NCBI GenBank assembly: GCA_051599415.1
Contig: AP039689.1
Span: forward strand, 744,001 to 808,000
Direction: 5' to 3'
Length of the DNA: 64,000 nucleotides
DNA from: Savitreella phatthalungensis
Lineage: Eukaryota
Shown: in pieces, positions 34,215 through 45,475 of the stretch
Layout: each line of letters starts with the position of its first letter
Numbering within the stretch: position 1 is the first letter of the stretch
Notes under the pieces: generated by a model
What the model saw: only the letters and a program-made list of their open reading frames with translations
The model's database searches: none
Told to the model about the DNA's origin: nothing
Made by a program: the position numbers and the translations under genes

Positions 34215-37200
34215 TCACGTATCGAAATCCTGCCGGACGGAGACGAATGACAGACTTGACGCAGAGCCCGGTCGATTCTCTTCGTCGCCGATACCTTGGG
34301 GTTGACTGGAGGCGAGGGCGGCAGATTTTGGCCTGTGCTGCGACGGTGGAGCAGGATTTGCTGCCAGTGGTGCTGTCTCTGGGCGATTGCTGCCGGAGTT
34401 GATAGATCCTTTGCGCATTGGCGAATTCTGGAACAATTTGTCGAGTGTGGCTGGCGTGAAGTCGAGACCTTGTAGATGATCTGCGGATATTTCTGAGCCA
34501 GACCGGCTGCCAAGATGAAAGACTTCGCGGTCCTTCAGCTCATCCCCGAGTCCTTCTTCCCTCGCCTCATCGAAGTTATCATCGGGATCATCAGCACGGC
34601 TGCGGCCGGCACGCTTACGGAGATCCTCTGCACTGCCGACGCGCCTGCCGATCCGTTTAAGCGTGTCTGTGGAAGCTTGCCGGATGAGATTCGCCATGAC
34701 TGAGGAGTTGAGCTTGGACGATTTGGATGGAGACAGCTTGCTCGAGGTCGTGCTGCTTGCACCATCTCGCGTCGGTGTCATCGATCGCGGTGCCGAAGTG
34801 AAAGGCGAGACCGTCGGATCGAGCTCCAGCTCGAGATCCTTCTTGAGTAAATCTCGATGTGCGCAGTACTTGACGAGTTCCAGCTGAGTCCATAGTCGGC
34901 GAGCCGCAAGCCCGCCTGCCGCTGATATCAACGTCGATCTTGTGCGGGACTGGATCGGGGTCAGAACTGTCAGATGGTGACCAAGTTTCTCGAACGACAC
35001 CAGTAGCGACTGTTTGTCTGCAATCTTCGTCTCGAGCTCCTTGATACGTCTACGCATGAGTGTACGCCTAGCGACAGCGTGGTCCTGATGCAGAGAGTCG
35101 CTGCTATCGTCGACACTTTCATCGGCCACTGATTTATGGCTCGGCCGTCGAGCCGTGTCGCCGCTTGCACGTCGTCCAACGGAAGACTCGGGGTCACGTA
35201 CCTGCGTGCCACTCGTATGGAGTGCGGCGGCATAGTTGATCTTGGCCACCCAGTCGTTCATCTCATCCTCGGAAGATGCAACGAAAAGGGTCTGATCTCC
35301 TCCGCGACCAAGGAAGGCGAACTGAGTCAGTTTTTTCGTGGATGAGGAATCGTATATGGCCGCGGCGTCGCCCACGGGGAAGTACGTATCCGGAGCATAT
35401 TTCGACCAAGGCGGCTCCAATCTGCACGGTTCGCTCTTCGAGGTGTGATCACGGACTTGTTGCATGTAGTGCTTGACCCAGCCAACATTCTTGAATAACA
35501 GCAATTGGGCGCCTGTCAAGAAGACTCCCCACTCGCGGTAAGAGCCCTTGACGTCCGGTCGTTTCTGTTCTTTCTTCTTCAGTATACCAATCTTATAGAC
35601 CTTGACATCGACCACACCAGGCTCGGTGTCGAGCGGATCGATGTTGCCATCCGCGTCCACATATGCTTCTGGTCGTGAGCGCGCCGACACGAGCTGCAGG
35701 ATGGCAGCGTTCAGGAATGATGCATGCAATTTCGCCACGTTGATGACCGGAAGGGTTCCAGCGTAAGAGAGCTCGTTGGTAACACTGAGCAGCGCATTGA
35801 GTGGAGGTCGAAGCACTTCCAATTTACGTTCAGCGATTAATGGATGCAGATCAAGGCTACGCTTCCCGAGGGTTATGCTGGAGGATGAAGCTGAGGGGGC
35901 TCTGAGCGTGTGCTCGGAAGGAGTGATTGGGCGGTCCTGCTGCTGAACGAGCTGGAGCTGCGAATGCTGATGAGCCGGAGGTGTCGGCGCAAGCGGTGAC
36001 GGCAGTCCAGTGTCATCTGCCAATAGAGTAAATGGCGTGCTGATCACGTTGTCGTAGAAATAGTCGAGCACTTCACGTCCAACGTTTGCTGTTGCTGCAG
36101 ATGTAGTGTTGCGGATGAATTGCGCCTTGGTCATCTTGTTTTTGTTGTTCTGATTGAATCGATCCGTATGCAGCATGATCAGGGCAAACGAGAGAACATA
36201 GGGCGTCTCGGGTGCGTCATACAGGCTCGGATTGCAGTCGTGATAACGTTTGGCGAAGGCTGTGAGAACTCTGTCGATCTGCTGTGTCTCTCGCGGAAGC
36301 TGTGCATCCATGAGCAGTCGACGCAGGGACATGTCGAGCGGTTCGTCTGAGAAGTCAAAGCGTTGTGTCGCGTGGGTCAGACACTCGAGGCAGAAGGCGC
36401 TATCGGACAGTGAGAGCAACGCGAGGAGCTGTGAGCGGTTGACTCCGAGTATGTCCAATCTTGTGAGGTAGTCTTCCACCTTCTCGCCTTCAACAGGTTC
36501 GGGAAGCACCTTGTCGGGCGACGGCTGTCGAGACGCGGCGTGGACTGGTGAAGCTGAGACTGGACTGTCTTCCTGGGCAGCAAGGGCGGCTTGTCTGCGG
36601 AGTAATTCCATGTCTGACTCACCCTTGCGCAGGCGAGGTAAGGTGAAGAATCGGCTGGATCTGCTGCTTAGGGTGCGCGAACCTTCCGCATGGCCGACAT
36701 GCGTCATGCTTCGTCCGCGGCCGCGCATGCCATCTGGCGACATTGTTCTGTCTACGTAGCCAGAATTGATGGCTGGATTCGATCTGGCCGAGGTCTGCGA
36801 TGCGATCGATCGTACCGAGTGTTGTCTGCTGAGCCTTTCAAGTGGATTGTCGCGCTCATATCGGGGCGAAATCGCCGGGGAAGCTGGACTGATGAGCTGC
36901 GACGTTACGGCAAGGAGGGAATTGGCGATTGAGCGCGAGCCGAGCGAGGTGGACGATGCATTCGCAGACAGAGTCGGCCGCTTGTCACGATTCCTAGTCA
37001 GCTGGAAAGAGCGTTTTGGCTCGACCGTCGACGAGCCACCAGTGAAAACGGACGCGAGACTTCTGGCAGAGTCAATTGATTCTCTCGGTACTGATGCCGT
37101 TTTTTTCCGCCGACCGACGCGAAAAATCGATCTGCTGGAGGTTTGAGTACGGTCCTCGCGAACGAGGTCCTGCTGCAGCGGCAGGCTTGGCTCGACAAAG

Positions 37201-37421
37201 GAAATCGTCGGCTCTGCAGCAGTTGCAGCAGACGATGTTGTCATGTGAGCCTGCACTTCTCCGGACTTTCTGCGATCTATTTGTTCACTGCGGTGCTGCT
37301 GCTGGTGCTGTAAGACCGTTGCGGCTTGAGCTGCCTGTGGTTCCAAGGGCGCTGTACTAGGAGCTGATTTGCGTTGCCTTCCTTTGAAGAGGCTGGAGAA
37401 GGAGCGTACACTGTCTGACAT
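34215..37421 (-). CDS. SYT1: Sec7 plus PH domain Arf GEF (Syt1/Sec74-like)
   Basis: FDFSDEPLDMSLRRLL..LPRETQQIDRVL..FA.RY..CNP, MLHTDRFN; PH domain (EMNDWVAKINYAA). Confidence 0.88.
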   Translation of the reverse strand: MSDSVRSFSSLFKGRQRKSAPSTAPLEPQAAQAATVLQHQQQHRSEQIDRRKSGEVQAHMTTSSAATAAEPTISFVEPSLPLQQDLVREDRTQTSSRSIFRVGRRKKTASVPRESIDSARSLASVFTGGSSTVEPKRSFQLTRNRDKRPTLSANASSTSLGSRSIANSLLAVTSQLISPASPAISPRYERDNPLERLSRQHSVRSIASQTSARSNPAINSGYVDRTMSPDGMRGRGRSMTHVGHAEGSRTLSSRSSRFFTLPRLRKGESDMELLRRQAALAAQEDSPVSASPVHAASRQPSPDKVLPEPVEGEKVEDYLTRLDILGVNRSQLLALLSLSDSAFCLECLTHATQRFDFSDEPLDMSLRRLLMDAQLPRETQQIDRVLTAFAKRYHDCNPSLYDAPETPYVLSFALIMLHTDRFNQNNKNKMTKAQFIRNTTSAATANVGREVLDYFYDNVISTPFTLLADDTGLPSPLAPTPPAHQHSQLQLVQQQDRPITPSEHTLRAPSASSSSITLGKRSLDLHPLIAERKLEVLRPPLNALLSVTNELSYAGTLPVINVAKLHASFLNAAILQLVSARSRPEAYVDADGNIDPLDTEPGVVDVKVYKIGILKKKEQKRPDVKGSYREWGVFLTGAQLLLFKNVGWVKHYMQQVRDHTSKSEPCRLEPPWSKYAPDTYFPVGDAAAIYDSSSTKKLTQFAFLGRGGDQTLFVASSEDEMNDWVAKINYAAALHTSGTQVRDPESSVGRRASGDTARRPSHKSVADESVDDSSDSLHQDHAVARRTLMRRRIKELETKIADKQSLLVSFEKLGHHLTVLTPIQSRTRSTLISAAGGLAARRLWTQLELVKYCAHRDLLKKDLELELDPTVSPFTSAPRSMTPTRDGASSTTSSKLSPSKSSKLNSSVMANLIRQASTDTLKRIGRRVGSAEDLRKRAGRSRADDPDDNFDEAREEGLGDELKDREVFHLGSRSGSEISADHLQGLDFTPATLDKLFQNSPMRKGSINSGSNRPETAPLAANPAPPSQHRPKSAALASSQPQGIGDEENRPGSASSLSFVSVRQDFDT

Positions 37422-38324
37422 GCTTAATTGATTATGACGGACTGGACAGGCTTTTGACGCTGTTTGGGTGTGAGCGTCAGTGGAAGTGTGAGTCGGATTG
37501 CGGGTCTGAGATTGGCTGGTCCGGGTCCAAAGCCGAGCCCACTCTTGCTCTGACTCGTGGTAGCGGAAGAGCGCGTGGATTAGCTGCGGCCGAATGCAAG
37601 ATGAGCTCTACGTGAGACGTAGTGCAGCAGACAGATCGATGGCTGGTCAAGCCAGAAGAGCGGCGCCAGGCAGAGGTTGATTTAAAAGCTTGATCTTAGG
37701 CAGGACCAGATTCTGAGATGGGTGCGATGGTTCAGATAAGCGGATGATGTCAGGCTCTCGTGATGACTGCCGCGTCAGAGTAGATGTCGTTGCAGAATTA
37801 GTCAAAGTTGCTGTCGACATGGGGGTCTGGTTGGAATGCAGGATCAGGAGTCGTTAGGACTTGTCATGAGCATGTGTCGCTGATGATAGCAGGCTAGATT
37901 GTATGAGAGACTCTTGCGTTCAGGAGATTGGCGTATGATGACGATTGACAGGCTGCACTATTCGCGTGCTGATCCACGGCAGAAGCTTGGGGTTTATAGC
38001 GAATGCGGAGATTCTGACCTGGTAGGAGTCAAGTCAAGTGATCCTATGGTAACGTGATCGACGCGCGAGGAGGCGGTAAAAGTAGATGAGATGCGAATTT
38101 GAGGATCCTCTTGTAAAATAGAGTTTCCGTGTACGGAGATGAGGGGATGTAGGAGGATGAGGTGTTGTAAACGCGTGCGGTGGAGGTGAGTAGATGAGTG
38201 ATTACGGGGGATACAGTGTTTTGTACTGCATATGTGCATATATTTGTGTGTGTATCCAATTGTGAATAGATCAATTTGATCACATCAATCAAGGATTATC
38301 TACGTTCGGATGCATGTGGCCAGG

Positions 38325-38387
38325 ATGAATGAATGAATGAATGACTGAATGAATGGACGGATGAATGGATGAATGGATGAATGGATG
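38325..38387. repeat. (TGAA/TGGA)n microsatellite
   Basis: Read directly from the sequence. Confidence 0.9.
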
Positions 38388-38623
38388 AGATTGTAATGTA
38401 TCAACATACTGTGGATGGATGGTGTGGAGATGACACAGATGCAGCAATGCAAGGCAGCAACTGCATCCAGATTATCTCCTGTACTAACTCATGAGGACAC
38501 ATGATGGACCACCAACTGTGAGGATGTCCTTAGTTTCACAGCTATCTGTGACTCTGTCTCCATCTTGAGAAGCACTTGGGCTTGAGCTGCTTGAAAGCAG
38601 ACTGATAACGATGCAAGAACACT

Positions 38624-38664
38624 GAGTCACAGGGTCACAGGGTCACAGGGTCACTGGGTCACTG
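38624..38664. repeat. 8-bp tandem repeat GGGTCAC(A/T), about 5 copies
   Basis: gagtcacagggtcacagggtcacagggtcactgggtcactg. Confidence 0.9.
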
Positions 38665-39351
38665 ATAATTCTTGTAGAGGTCAAGGTCACTTGGGACTTT
38701 CCGATGTCGAGTTTGTTCATTCTCCTTTGAGTGAGTAGGTGAGTGAGTGAGTGTTGCTCCAGACTTGAACAGTCTAGATCAGTAACTCAAGATGAATAGG
38801 ATGCATATAATAATAGTCTCCACAATTCAATTCATGGACCAGGTCACGCGACAGTTTCATCGATCGATCGTCTATAGGAATGTGTGCGTTGAAATTATAT
38901 TCGAATCCAACTTCTAGGAGGAGTTTCAATAAGAGGATTAGTAGACGTCCATAAAATTCTCACCTGTTGTATCGTCAAATTATAATATCCAATCTTGTCA
39001 AATGGGATTTCACTACTAATTTGACTGTGATATAATAGCTTGCTGTTCCTTTTCATCTAACATCATTCACTATCCGTCGAGCAAACGATCACAGTCACGT
39101 TGCATGCACGCACTCAATTCACTTGCTCCTTCAGCGTCAACGTACAGGCACATTCAACCTTAACTTCGATACGCAACACTATAGAGTGCAGCGGCCTCCA
39201 TTTCAACGTTCACGTGCGCAACAACTCATCGACCAGCCCCCTTCCCATATTCAGAGAGTCACTCGGCGCATAGGTCAGGGACAACTCGAATCCTCTTCAC
39301 TCGAGTGCCCGCGAGCGCGCACAAGACTCCACTCCTGAACCTCATCATATC

Positions 39352-40842
39352 ATGCATCTTCCAAGTTGTTCGCTTGCCATAATTCTTGCCCTCGCAGCAG
39401 CTTCAAACAAAGTCTCTGCTGAGCCCATCTTTGCTCAGCGCAACCAAGTAGTCTATGGAAAATCCTCACTATCATCACTATCATCGTCAACGCCCCAACA
39501 TCCTCTAAAGATTTCCCCAGATCGTACACCAATCAAGACATACGCAGACCAGGCCGTATTTCGCTTCAATGCAGAAAGCTCAGAAGAGCTCGCACTAATC
39601 TACAACGCCACACATCACCTCGACCTAGATATCTGGTCGATAGGTTCAACGCATATTGATGTCCGAATCACCCAGCCACAGGGCGCCCGCCTTTTCAAAG
39701 CGCTGCCAGAAAATGTGCGCAAGCATGCACGTCGAATGATTCCAGACCTGAACAATGCCGTGCGCCGGACACTCACAGGTGACTCTGACATGTTCGCAGT
39801 AAAAGGTAAACTGCCACACAGACCATCTCTCAAAGTGCCATCGATGGATGAAACATTCTTTTCTAACTTTCAGACAATCGAAGCAATCAACGCATGGCTG
39901 ACACTTGTCACCACTCTCCATCCGAAGAACACGGCGATCATCAACCTCGGCAAATCACATGAAGGCAGGGATATCCAGGGCATTCATCTCTTCCGCGAAC
40001 GGACGCTGTATGAGCGCATCAGTGGAACAAAGCGCAAGACAATTCTTATCAACGGCGCACTGCATGCACGAGAATGGATCAGTGTTTCGACTGTATGCTA
40101 CATTGCCTGGGCCATGATAGCCGGACGCAGCACCGATCCAGAGATCGCTAGACTCCTCGACGGCTTTGACTTCGTCCTTTTCCCAACTATCAATGTCGAT
40201 GGATACGCATATACCTGGCAGGACCGTCTGTGGCGCAAGAACAGACAACCAACCAGTGTCCCCTTCTGCCAAGGTGTCGATCTTGACCGCAACTTTGCCT
40301 ACGGCTGGGGACTCAGTGCTCAGCAGCAATTAGGTATTCAGTCAAACCCCTGCAGCGAGAACTACCAGGGCGCAGAGTCCTTTGATGCAATTGAGACAAA
40401 GCTCCTCTCCGACTGGATCAACTCGATCCATGCAGCAGACGACCGCGCACTCACCGGCTACCTCGACCTCCACTCCTATGCACAGACGATCCTGTATCCG
40501 TATGCGCTCTCGTGTGAGGTCGAGCCCCGTGACGAGGAGACCCTACTGGAGTTGGCCATCGGTGGCAGCAAGGCAATGAAGTCTAGCAGTGGCGAGCACT
40601 ATGACGCCGAGTCTGCCTGCAATGCCGACGGTCATCTCGCCAACGCCAACGCCTTTGCTCAGGCAAACGCCGGCGCAGCACTCGACTGGGTCTACCACGG
40701 TGGCGTTCACTGGGCATACGTCCTAAAACTCCGAGATACCGGCAGTTACGGCTTCCTCGTTCCAAAGGAGGAAATCCTACCCACAGGTCTAGAGGTTCTT
40801 GAATTCGTCAAATACTTCGGCAGATTCATTCTAGATCGCTAA
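39352..40842 (+). CDS. ECM14: Inactive metallocarboxypeptidase Ecm14
   Basis: Signal peptide and prodomain, HAREWIS, DRLWRKNR, DLHSY. The catalytic Glu is replaced by Lys (KLRDTGSYGFL), as is typical of Ecm14. Confidence 0.93.
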   Translation: MHLPSCSLAIILALAAASNKVSAEPIFAQRNQVVYGKSSLSSLSSSTPQHPLKISPDRTPIKTYADQAVFRFNAESSEELALIYNATHHLDLDIWSIGSTHIDVRITQPQGARLFKALPENVRKHARRMIPDLNNAVRRTLTGDSDMFAVKGKLPHRPSLKVPSMDETFFSNFQTIEAINAWLTLVTTLHPKNTAIINLGKSHEGRDIQGIHLFRERTLYERISGTKRKTILINGALHAREWISVSTVCYIAWAMIAGRSTDPEIARLLDGFDFVLFPTINVDGYAYTWQDRLWRKNRQPTSVPFCQGVDLDRNFAYGWGLSAQQQLGIQSNPCSENYQGAESFDAIETKLLSDWINSIHAADDRALTGYLDLHSYAQTILYPYALSCEVEPRDEETLLELAIGGSKAMKSSSGEHYDAESACNADGHLANANAFAQANAGAALDWVYHGGVHWAYVLKLRDTGSYGFLVPKEEILPTGLEVLEFVKYFGRFILDR

Positions 40843-41224
40843 CGACCTATTCCTTAGGCCCTCCATTCCTCTTCCTCTTTCACGTACGGCGTACAATATG
40901 CCCAGGCTTCTTACTCATCATATATCACATGTCACATACTTGTTTGTCGAAGCCACGGGTCCAGGTACACGTGCTTGTTTTCTCCAAACACTATCGGGGA
41001 TTTTCATTGGACAATTGCCGGACTGTCAATTCTGTACTAAATTACGCCCAAATGGACGTCCGATGAATGTTTGCGCATGCACCGATCGATCGATCGAGAT
41101 CTATGACATCTTCCATAGACGCAAATTTACCTTTCTTCAGTTCCGGACCACAGTGTATAACTCGGCGGCCTGTCACCAGATTCTCTAGGCAGCGCACATT
41201 AATTGCGCAACCAGTGAGGCGATC

Positions 41225-42574
41225 ATGTCTGTGCGCCCGCTCCCTCGGACTGCTGGACGGCCGAGGCTGGACACCCTTGGTCCGATTGGATTCGGTGCTG
41301 GTGTTTTCAGCGGTGTTTACAATGCTGAGAAACCTGCGCCTTCTGAGCTGGTGAGTCGTGCATTCGAGCTCGGTATCCGCCACTTCGACACCTCGCCCTA
41401 CTACGGCGAGAGCGAGAAGCTGCTCGGCCAAGCGATTCGCGACCTTGTGAATGAACCCACAGCAAACGCAACCCGCGAAGACCTCTTCATCGTCACAAAA
41501 GCAGGGCGGTATGACGCATGGCACCTCGACTACTCGCCCTCGCGCATCAGACAATCCGTCATGCGGTCACTAGACCTCCTCGGGCTGACGTACCTAGACG
41601 CTGTGCTGCTGCACGATGTCGAGTTCGTGACGGAGGCTGAGACTGTAAATGCTGCTCGTGCGCTGTTTGCGCTGAAGGACGAAGGTCTTGTGCGGCACGT
41701 CGGGATCTCGTGCTATCCTGTAGACGTGCTCGTGCGTATGAGTTGCGCAGTGCGGGATGCGATGGCAGGAAGACCGCTCGACCTCGTCATGAGCTATGCC
41801 CGATACACCCTCCACGACGCCTCCCTCCTCCTCGCCCTCGACGACCTCCGCGCCGCAGGCGTCAACCACATCCTCTCTGCATCTCCACTCGCCATGGGCC
41901 TCCTCACCTCGAACGGACCACCATCCTGGCACCCAGCCAGCACCCCACTCAAATCTGCCGCCATCCGCGCCTCTCACGCCGTATCCAAAACTCCCGTACC
42001 CAAGATCCTGGACACCGACCCGATCGATCTCCCTGACGTCGCGAATGGGTGGGTGCTACGGAACGCAGGGAGTACCGGGTTGGGAACGACAGTTGTCGGT
42101 TTTGGGTTTGTCAGGGAGATCGAGGCTGCAGTGCGGTTGTTCTGGGAGGTGTCAGCGATCGGTCCAGGTTCTCCAGGCACACGCACGTTCGGTCGCGCTC
42201 GCACGCGTCACCTCCACCCACCGCAGCAACCAGACCACATCGTCCCCACACTCACACCAGAATCCTCTGCAGAAGACCTCCAGCAGATCGACAACACCGA
42301 GGACGCGGCGATCGCATACAGGTTGTCGTGTGAGCGCGCGGCTGTGGATGCGATCGGCGAGGAGTGCCTGGGTGAGGGTTGGGTACAGCCTCCCCCGTTT
42401 GTGGATGACGAGAGGCCTTCTGAGGATGAGTTGCGATGGGTGATCGACAGGCTCCGCAGCAGTACCGGCAATCAAGCAGTCCCGCACCACCACCGGCATC
42501 TCTCACACCATTTCGAGAAGGTCATCCGAGATGGAGACCAAACGCAATTAGTACAGCCGCTCGCAACAGTATAG
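41225..42574 (+). CDS. ARA2: Aldo-keto reductase, D-arabinose 1-dehydrogenase (Ara2-like)
   Basis: FDTSPYYG.SE, TKAGRY, YLD.V.LHDVEFV, SPLAMGLL, PPSWHPA. Confidence 0.85.
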   Translation: MSVRPLPRTAGRPRLDTLGPIGFGAGVFSGVYNAEKPAPSELVSRAFELGIRHFDTSPYYGESEKLLGQAIRDLVNEPTANATREDLFIVTKAGRYDAWHLDYSPSRIRQSVMRSLDLLGLTYLDAVLLHDVEFVTEAETVNAARALFALKDEGLVRHVGISCYPVDVLVRMSCAVRDAMAGRPLDLVMSYARYTLHDASLLLALDDLRAAGVNHILSASPLAMGLLTSNGPPSWHPASTPLKSAAIRASHAVSKTPVPKILDTDPIDLPDVANGWVLRNAGSTGLGTTVVGFGFVREIEAAVRLFWEVSAIGPGSPGTRTFGRARTRHLHPPQQPDHIVPTLTPESSAEDLQQIDNTEDAAIAYRLSCERAAVDAIGEECLGEGWVQPPPFVDDERPSEDELRWVIDRLRSSTGNQAVPHHHRHLSHHFEKVIRDGDQTQLVQPLATV

Positions 42575-42870
42575 TTGCATCGAGCTGGTCAAGTCAAGAG
42601 AGTGTAGATACGACGATGACATTGTAGTCATGAGATGCGTTATAGCAAGTTATGAAACAGGGCTGAAACAAGGACTCCTTCTGGAGATTGCGTTGCAGTG
42701 ATGACACGAATATGTGATAGATTTGGTGGGCATACATGGTTGGGTCGTTAGATGTAGAGGTCAGAGAGTGACTGAGTAGGTGAAAATCGAGTACGTGATG
42801 ATGTTGCTGTCGCTGAGATCGAGATGGGAAGAAAGCATTGTCTCTGGAGGGGCAATGTATCTCTTTACCT

Positions 42871-43359
42871 TTACCGTCGAAGGGAATATAATATCCGGCG
42901 ACCCATGTCATCGACCACGGTATCTACCACGGCGTTCGGGTAACCATCTCTGCGGAGCTGCAACTCAAGCGATTGGCAGAGATCTGCGTAATTTGACCAC
43001 TGCTCTGACGAGTGACGCAGGAGGGTGACTGGGATCTGACCTCGTCCGTCAGATGAGCCGAGCACGTATTCAAGCAGCTCGCGTTTCGCGTTGTCTGGGT
43101 GATATTGATCGACTGGGCTACTGGTATCTGAAGCTGGGGATGTCCGATCTGCGTGAGACATCATGCTCTCGTGCACTGGCGAGAGTGAAAGCAGATACCG
43201 ATGATCCCGATCGCCTTCGTCGCCGTCTGCAGCGAAGGAGCCACCGTCGATGACAGCGCAGCTCATTGCCGTCTCGTCGTATTCTAGTAGTTCGCCGACG
43301 CCGCAGTCAAAGTCGTACTCGCTTGACGCCTGACTTGAGATGGATGGTTTGTGTAGCAT
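42871..43359 (-). CDS. Hypothetical protein, 162 aa
   Basis: ATG in aagATG context after a C/A-rich leader; protein-like composition; convergent with ARA2. No family recognised. Confidence 0.55.
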   Translation of the reverse strand: MLHKPSISSQASSEYDFDCGVGELLEYDETAMSCAVIDGGSFAADGDEGDRDHRYLLSLSPVHESMMSHADRTSPASDTSSPVDQYHPDNAKRELLEYVLGSSDGRGQIPVTLLRHSSEQWSNYADLCQSLELQLRRDGYPNAVVDTVVDDMGRRILYSLRR

Positions 43360-44770
43360 CTTGGGTTTATAGACTGCGATGTCGAAATGTGCTTGAGGAT
43401 GTCTGGAGTGCTCTTAATCAAGATGTCCTTGCCAGGTGATCGATGTGCGGACAGATGATACAGCAGAGATGTTTCTGTGTCGTTGACTCTGACCAGGTCT
43501 GCGTGAGAGGCTGGATCTGGGTAGAAGAGTTGAAGGTCGTTTGACTGGCGTGTATCGCGTAGATTAAAACAGTATAAGCGCTTGCGCGAGAAGGCTTATC
43601 TCTGAGAATCTCTCTTACCTTTTCGTCCTGGCTTGTGGGATGACTGTATGACCTTACAGGCACATTCGACTCTCGAAGTCTAGATGGTGGAGGCGATCCT
43701 GCAGTCTGATAAGTGCTTCCCACCAAGCGATGACAGAACCGAGCAATAAGAGTGATTACTGTCCAGCCGAGCAAGTGGATGGTCGTAGCGCTTCCAGGTA
43801 GTAGATTTGACTTGTCAGATCTGTCTGTGAAAAAGCTAAAGACCTATGTTGGTTGAGAAGGAGAAGCTGCTCGTGTGCGCTTGTGCAAGATAATAGTCTC
43901 CACCTGATAATCCCAGTCAGTCCTTGGAGTGCTGGCAACTCCACAAAAGTTGCCTCTCACTCACACTCACACTCATACTTACACTCACACTTACACTCAC
44001 ACTTGTCTACACTCCTGCATGATCCTCCTCAATTTGATTGATCTTCCTCTGCCCAAGTGATAGGACAACTTGCAGTATCGGTTGTGGTCGGCTGTCGGAA
44101 CCGTGAATGAGAGTGGATTGGAGCCTCTCACTGGTGTCAGCTACAAAGTCAATCCTTTTGATCATATTGAATCTATAAGAGCCAGACTCGAAATCTATCG
44201 GAAGACTGAGCCTGTGTCGTCACAGGGCGCAGCTATAGTTTGCATTCTACACCTACGTCAGTCTCAGACACTGCCGTTTCGTATTTTAACCCACCTGAGC
44301 TTCTAGACTCCTGCACGATCGTCATTTCACAAACCTTCTCTTTTCACTCACCTGATCCAGAGCCAGAGATAGATTGTTCGCCTCACATGTGCTAAAACAT
44401 TCGAGCTGATAAGAATCTAATAGCCCTCGAACCGTCAAAATATCGATTTCCCTTGTGACCCTTTGAGCAGTGGACAGAACAAGGACAGAATGAGACTTCA
44501 TGAGATGCATCTGTACTTCTCCTCTACAGAGCTCCGATCATTGTGTTCTGATGTGCAGTGTCGCTGTTGATTCTACATTGCACGAGCCAGTATCAACAAT
44601 AATATCCAGACGATCATTGTCTGAGAGATCGACCGATCGACCAAAGATCTTCAATCCACCCTGCATAAACATGCATTTCGCCCGGCCGTGTCAAGAATTC
44701 CTGATTTACCGAATGCACAAAGCAGGAGAAACGGCAAGAGTAAGAGCACGAGAACGAGCACGAGCATGAC

Positions 44771-45010
44771 AGGTTTTGAGACCTTTAGACCTGATCAGTG
44801 TGTATGACCCAAGGTGGAAGAGTCGGTATGTGTGTCCGATGGCAAGTCAGTTGATTGTCGTGAGCTCGTCTGTCGAAGAACCCGCCCCAAGTGTTTCTGG
44901 AAGCTCGGATTTCGGCGCGACAAGCAGCTCACTGGGCCGACCCATACAGCGAAAGCTTTTCATGCTACATCAAGTAGCATCACTGATGAAGTCGAGCCTC
45001 ACATGGACCT
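44771..45010 (-). ncRNA. Candidate structured RNA of unknown family directly downstream of 5S rRNA
   Basis: At least 9 nested helices found by eye; the G-U pairs form only on the minus strand. Confidence 0.5.
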
Positions 45011-45038
45011 TCGTAGACTCAGAAGGCGCATAAAATGC

Positions 45039-45060
45039 AAAAGAAAAACAAAAAGAAAAA
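45039..45060 (-). terminator. Pol III terminator of 5S (T5-C-T5-G-T5-C-T4)
   Basis: The plus strand reads aaaagaaaaacaaaaagaaaaa immediately 3' of the 5S gene. Confidence 0.85.
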
Positions 45061-45176
45061 CTGCAGTACCAGGACGTCCCACCTGGTCTCCCACGGCAGT
45101 ACTATTCCGGCGCTGCGCTGGTTATCTTTGGTGATCGGACGGGAACCAGATCTTTCAGCGCGCTATGACCGCAGAT
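45059..45176 (-). rRNA. 5S rRNA (dispersed copy)
   Basis: Minus strand ATCTGCGGTCATAGCGCGCTGAAAG..TTCCCGTCCGATCA..TAGTACT..TGGGAGACCA..GGTACTGCAGTT, about 118 nt. Helices I and II pair; TATA at about -26 to -29; T-run terminator. Confidence 0.95.
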
Positions 45177-45475
45177 GGAAATTTTGGTTTCTAACCAGAC
45201 ATATAGACTTTCTGAAATTGCCGAATTCCATATGAGAGTCGACTTGAGCCGAATTCATAGGAGTCGAATGAAGACTCTCTGTAAACCGTACGGTCGACTC
45301 GAATATGAGCTCCCCACAGGCAAATAAACACGTGCAAACACGGTGCCTCCACGCACTCAATCATCCACAGACGTCACGCGCCATGAAACAGGTCTTCACG
45401 ATGTCCTCTTGACTGTGCACTTCTGTGACGGCCGTTCAACATGTCAATGAGTCCATAAACTTCTGCCCATCTGTG

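Noticed and set aside
40705..40745. Missing catalytic Glu in the carboxypeptidase
   Set aside because: This is a known property of Ecm14, not new.
44775..44815. TPP-riboswitch-like TGAGA..ACCTGATCAG on the plus strand
   Set aside because: It lacks the P1/P2 arms and the GCG-AGG-GA segment, and no thiamine gene is nearby.
44930..44952. CGCTGTATGG on the minus strand resembles the 5' end of fungal SRP RNA
   Set aside because: No helix-8 GG..GNRA..GCA motif was found, and the segment lies inside the larger fold.
44945..44995. Hammerhead-like cores on the plus strand (GAAA ... hairpin ... CTGATGA)
   Set aside because: There is no room for stem III, two extra nt precede CTGATGA, and stem II cannot close.
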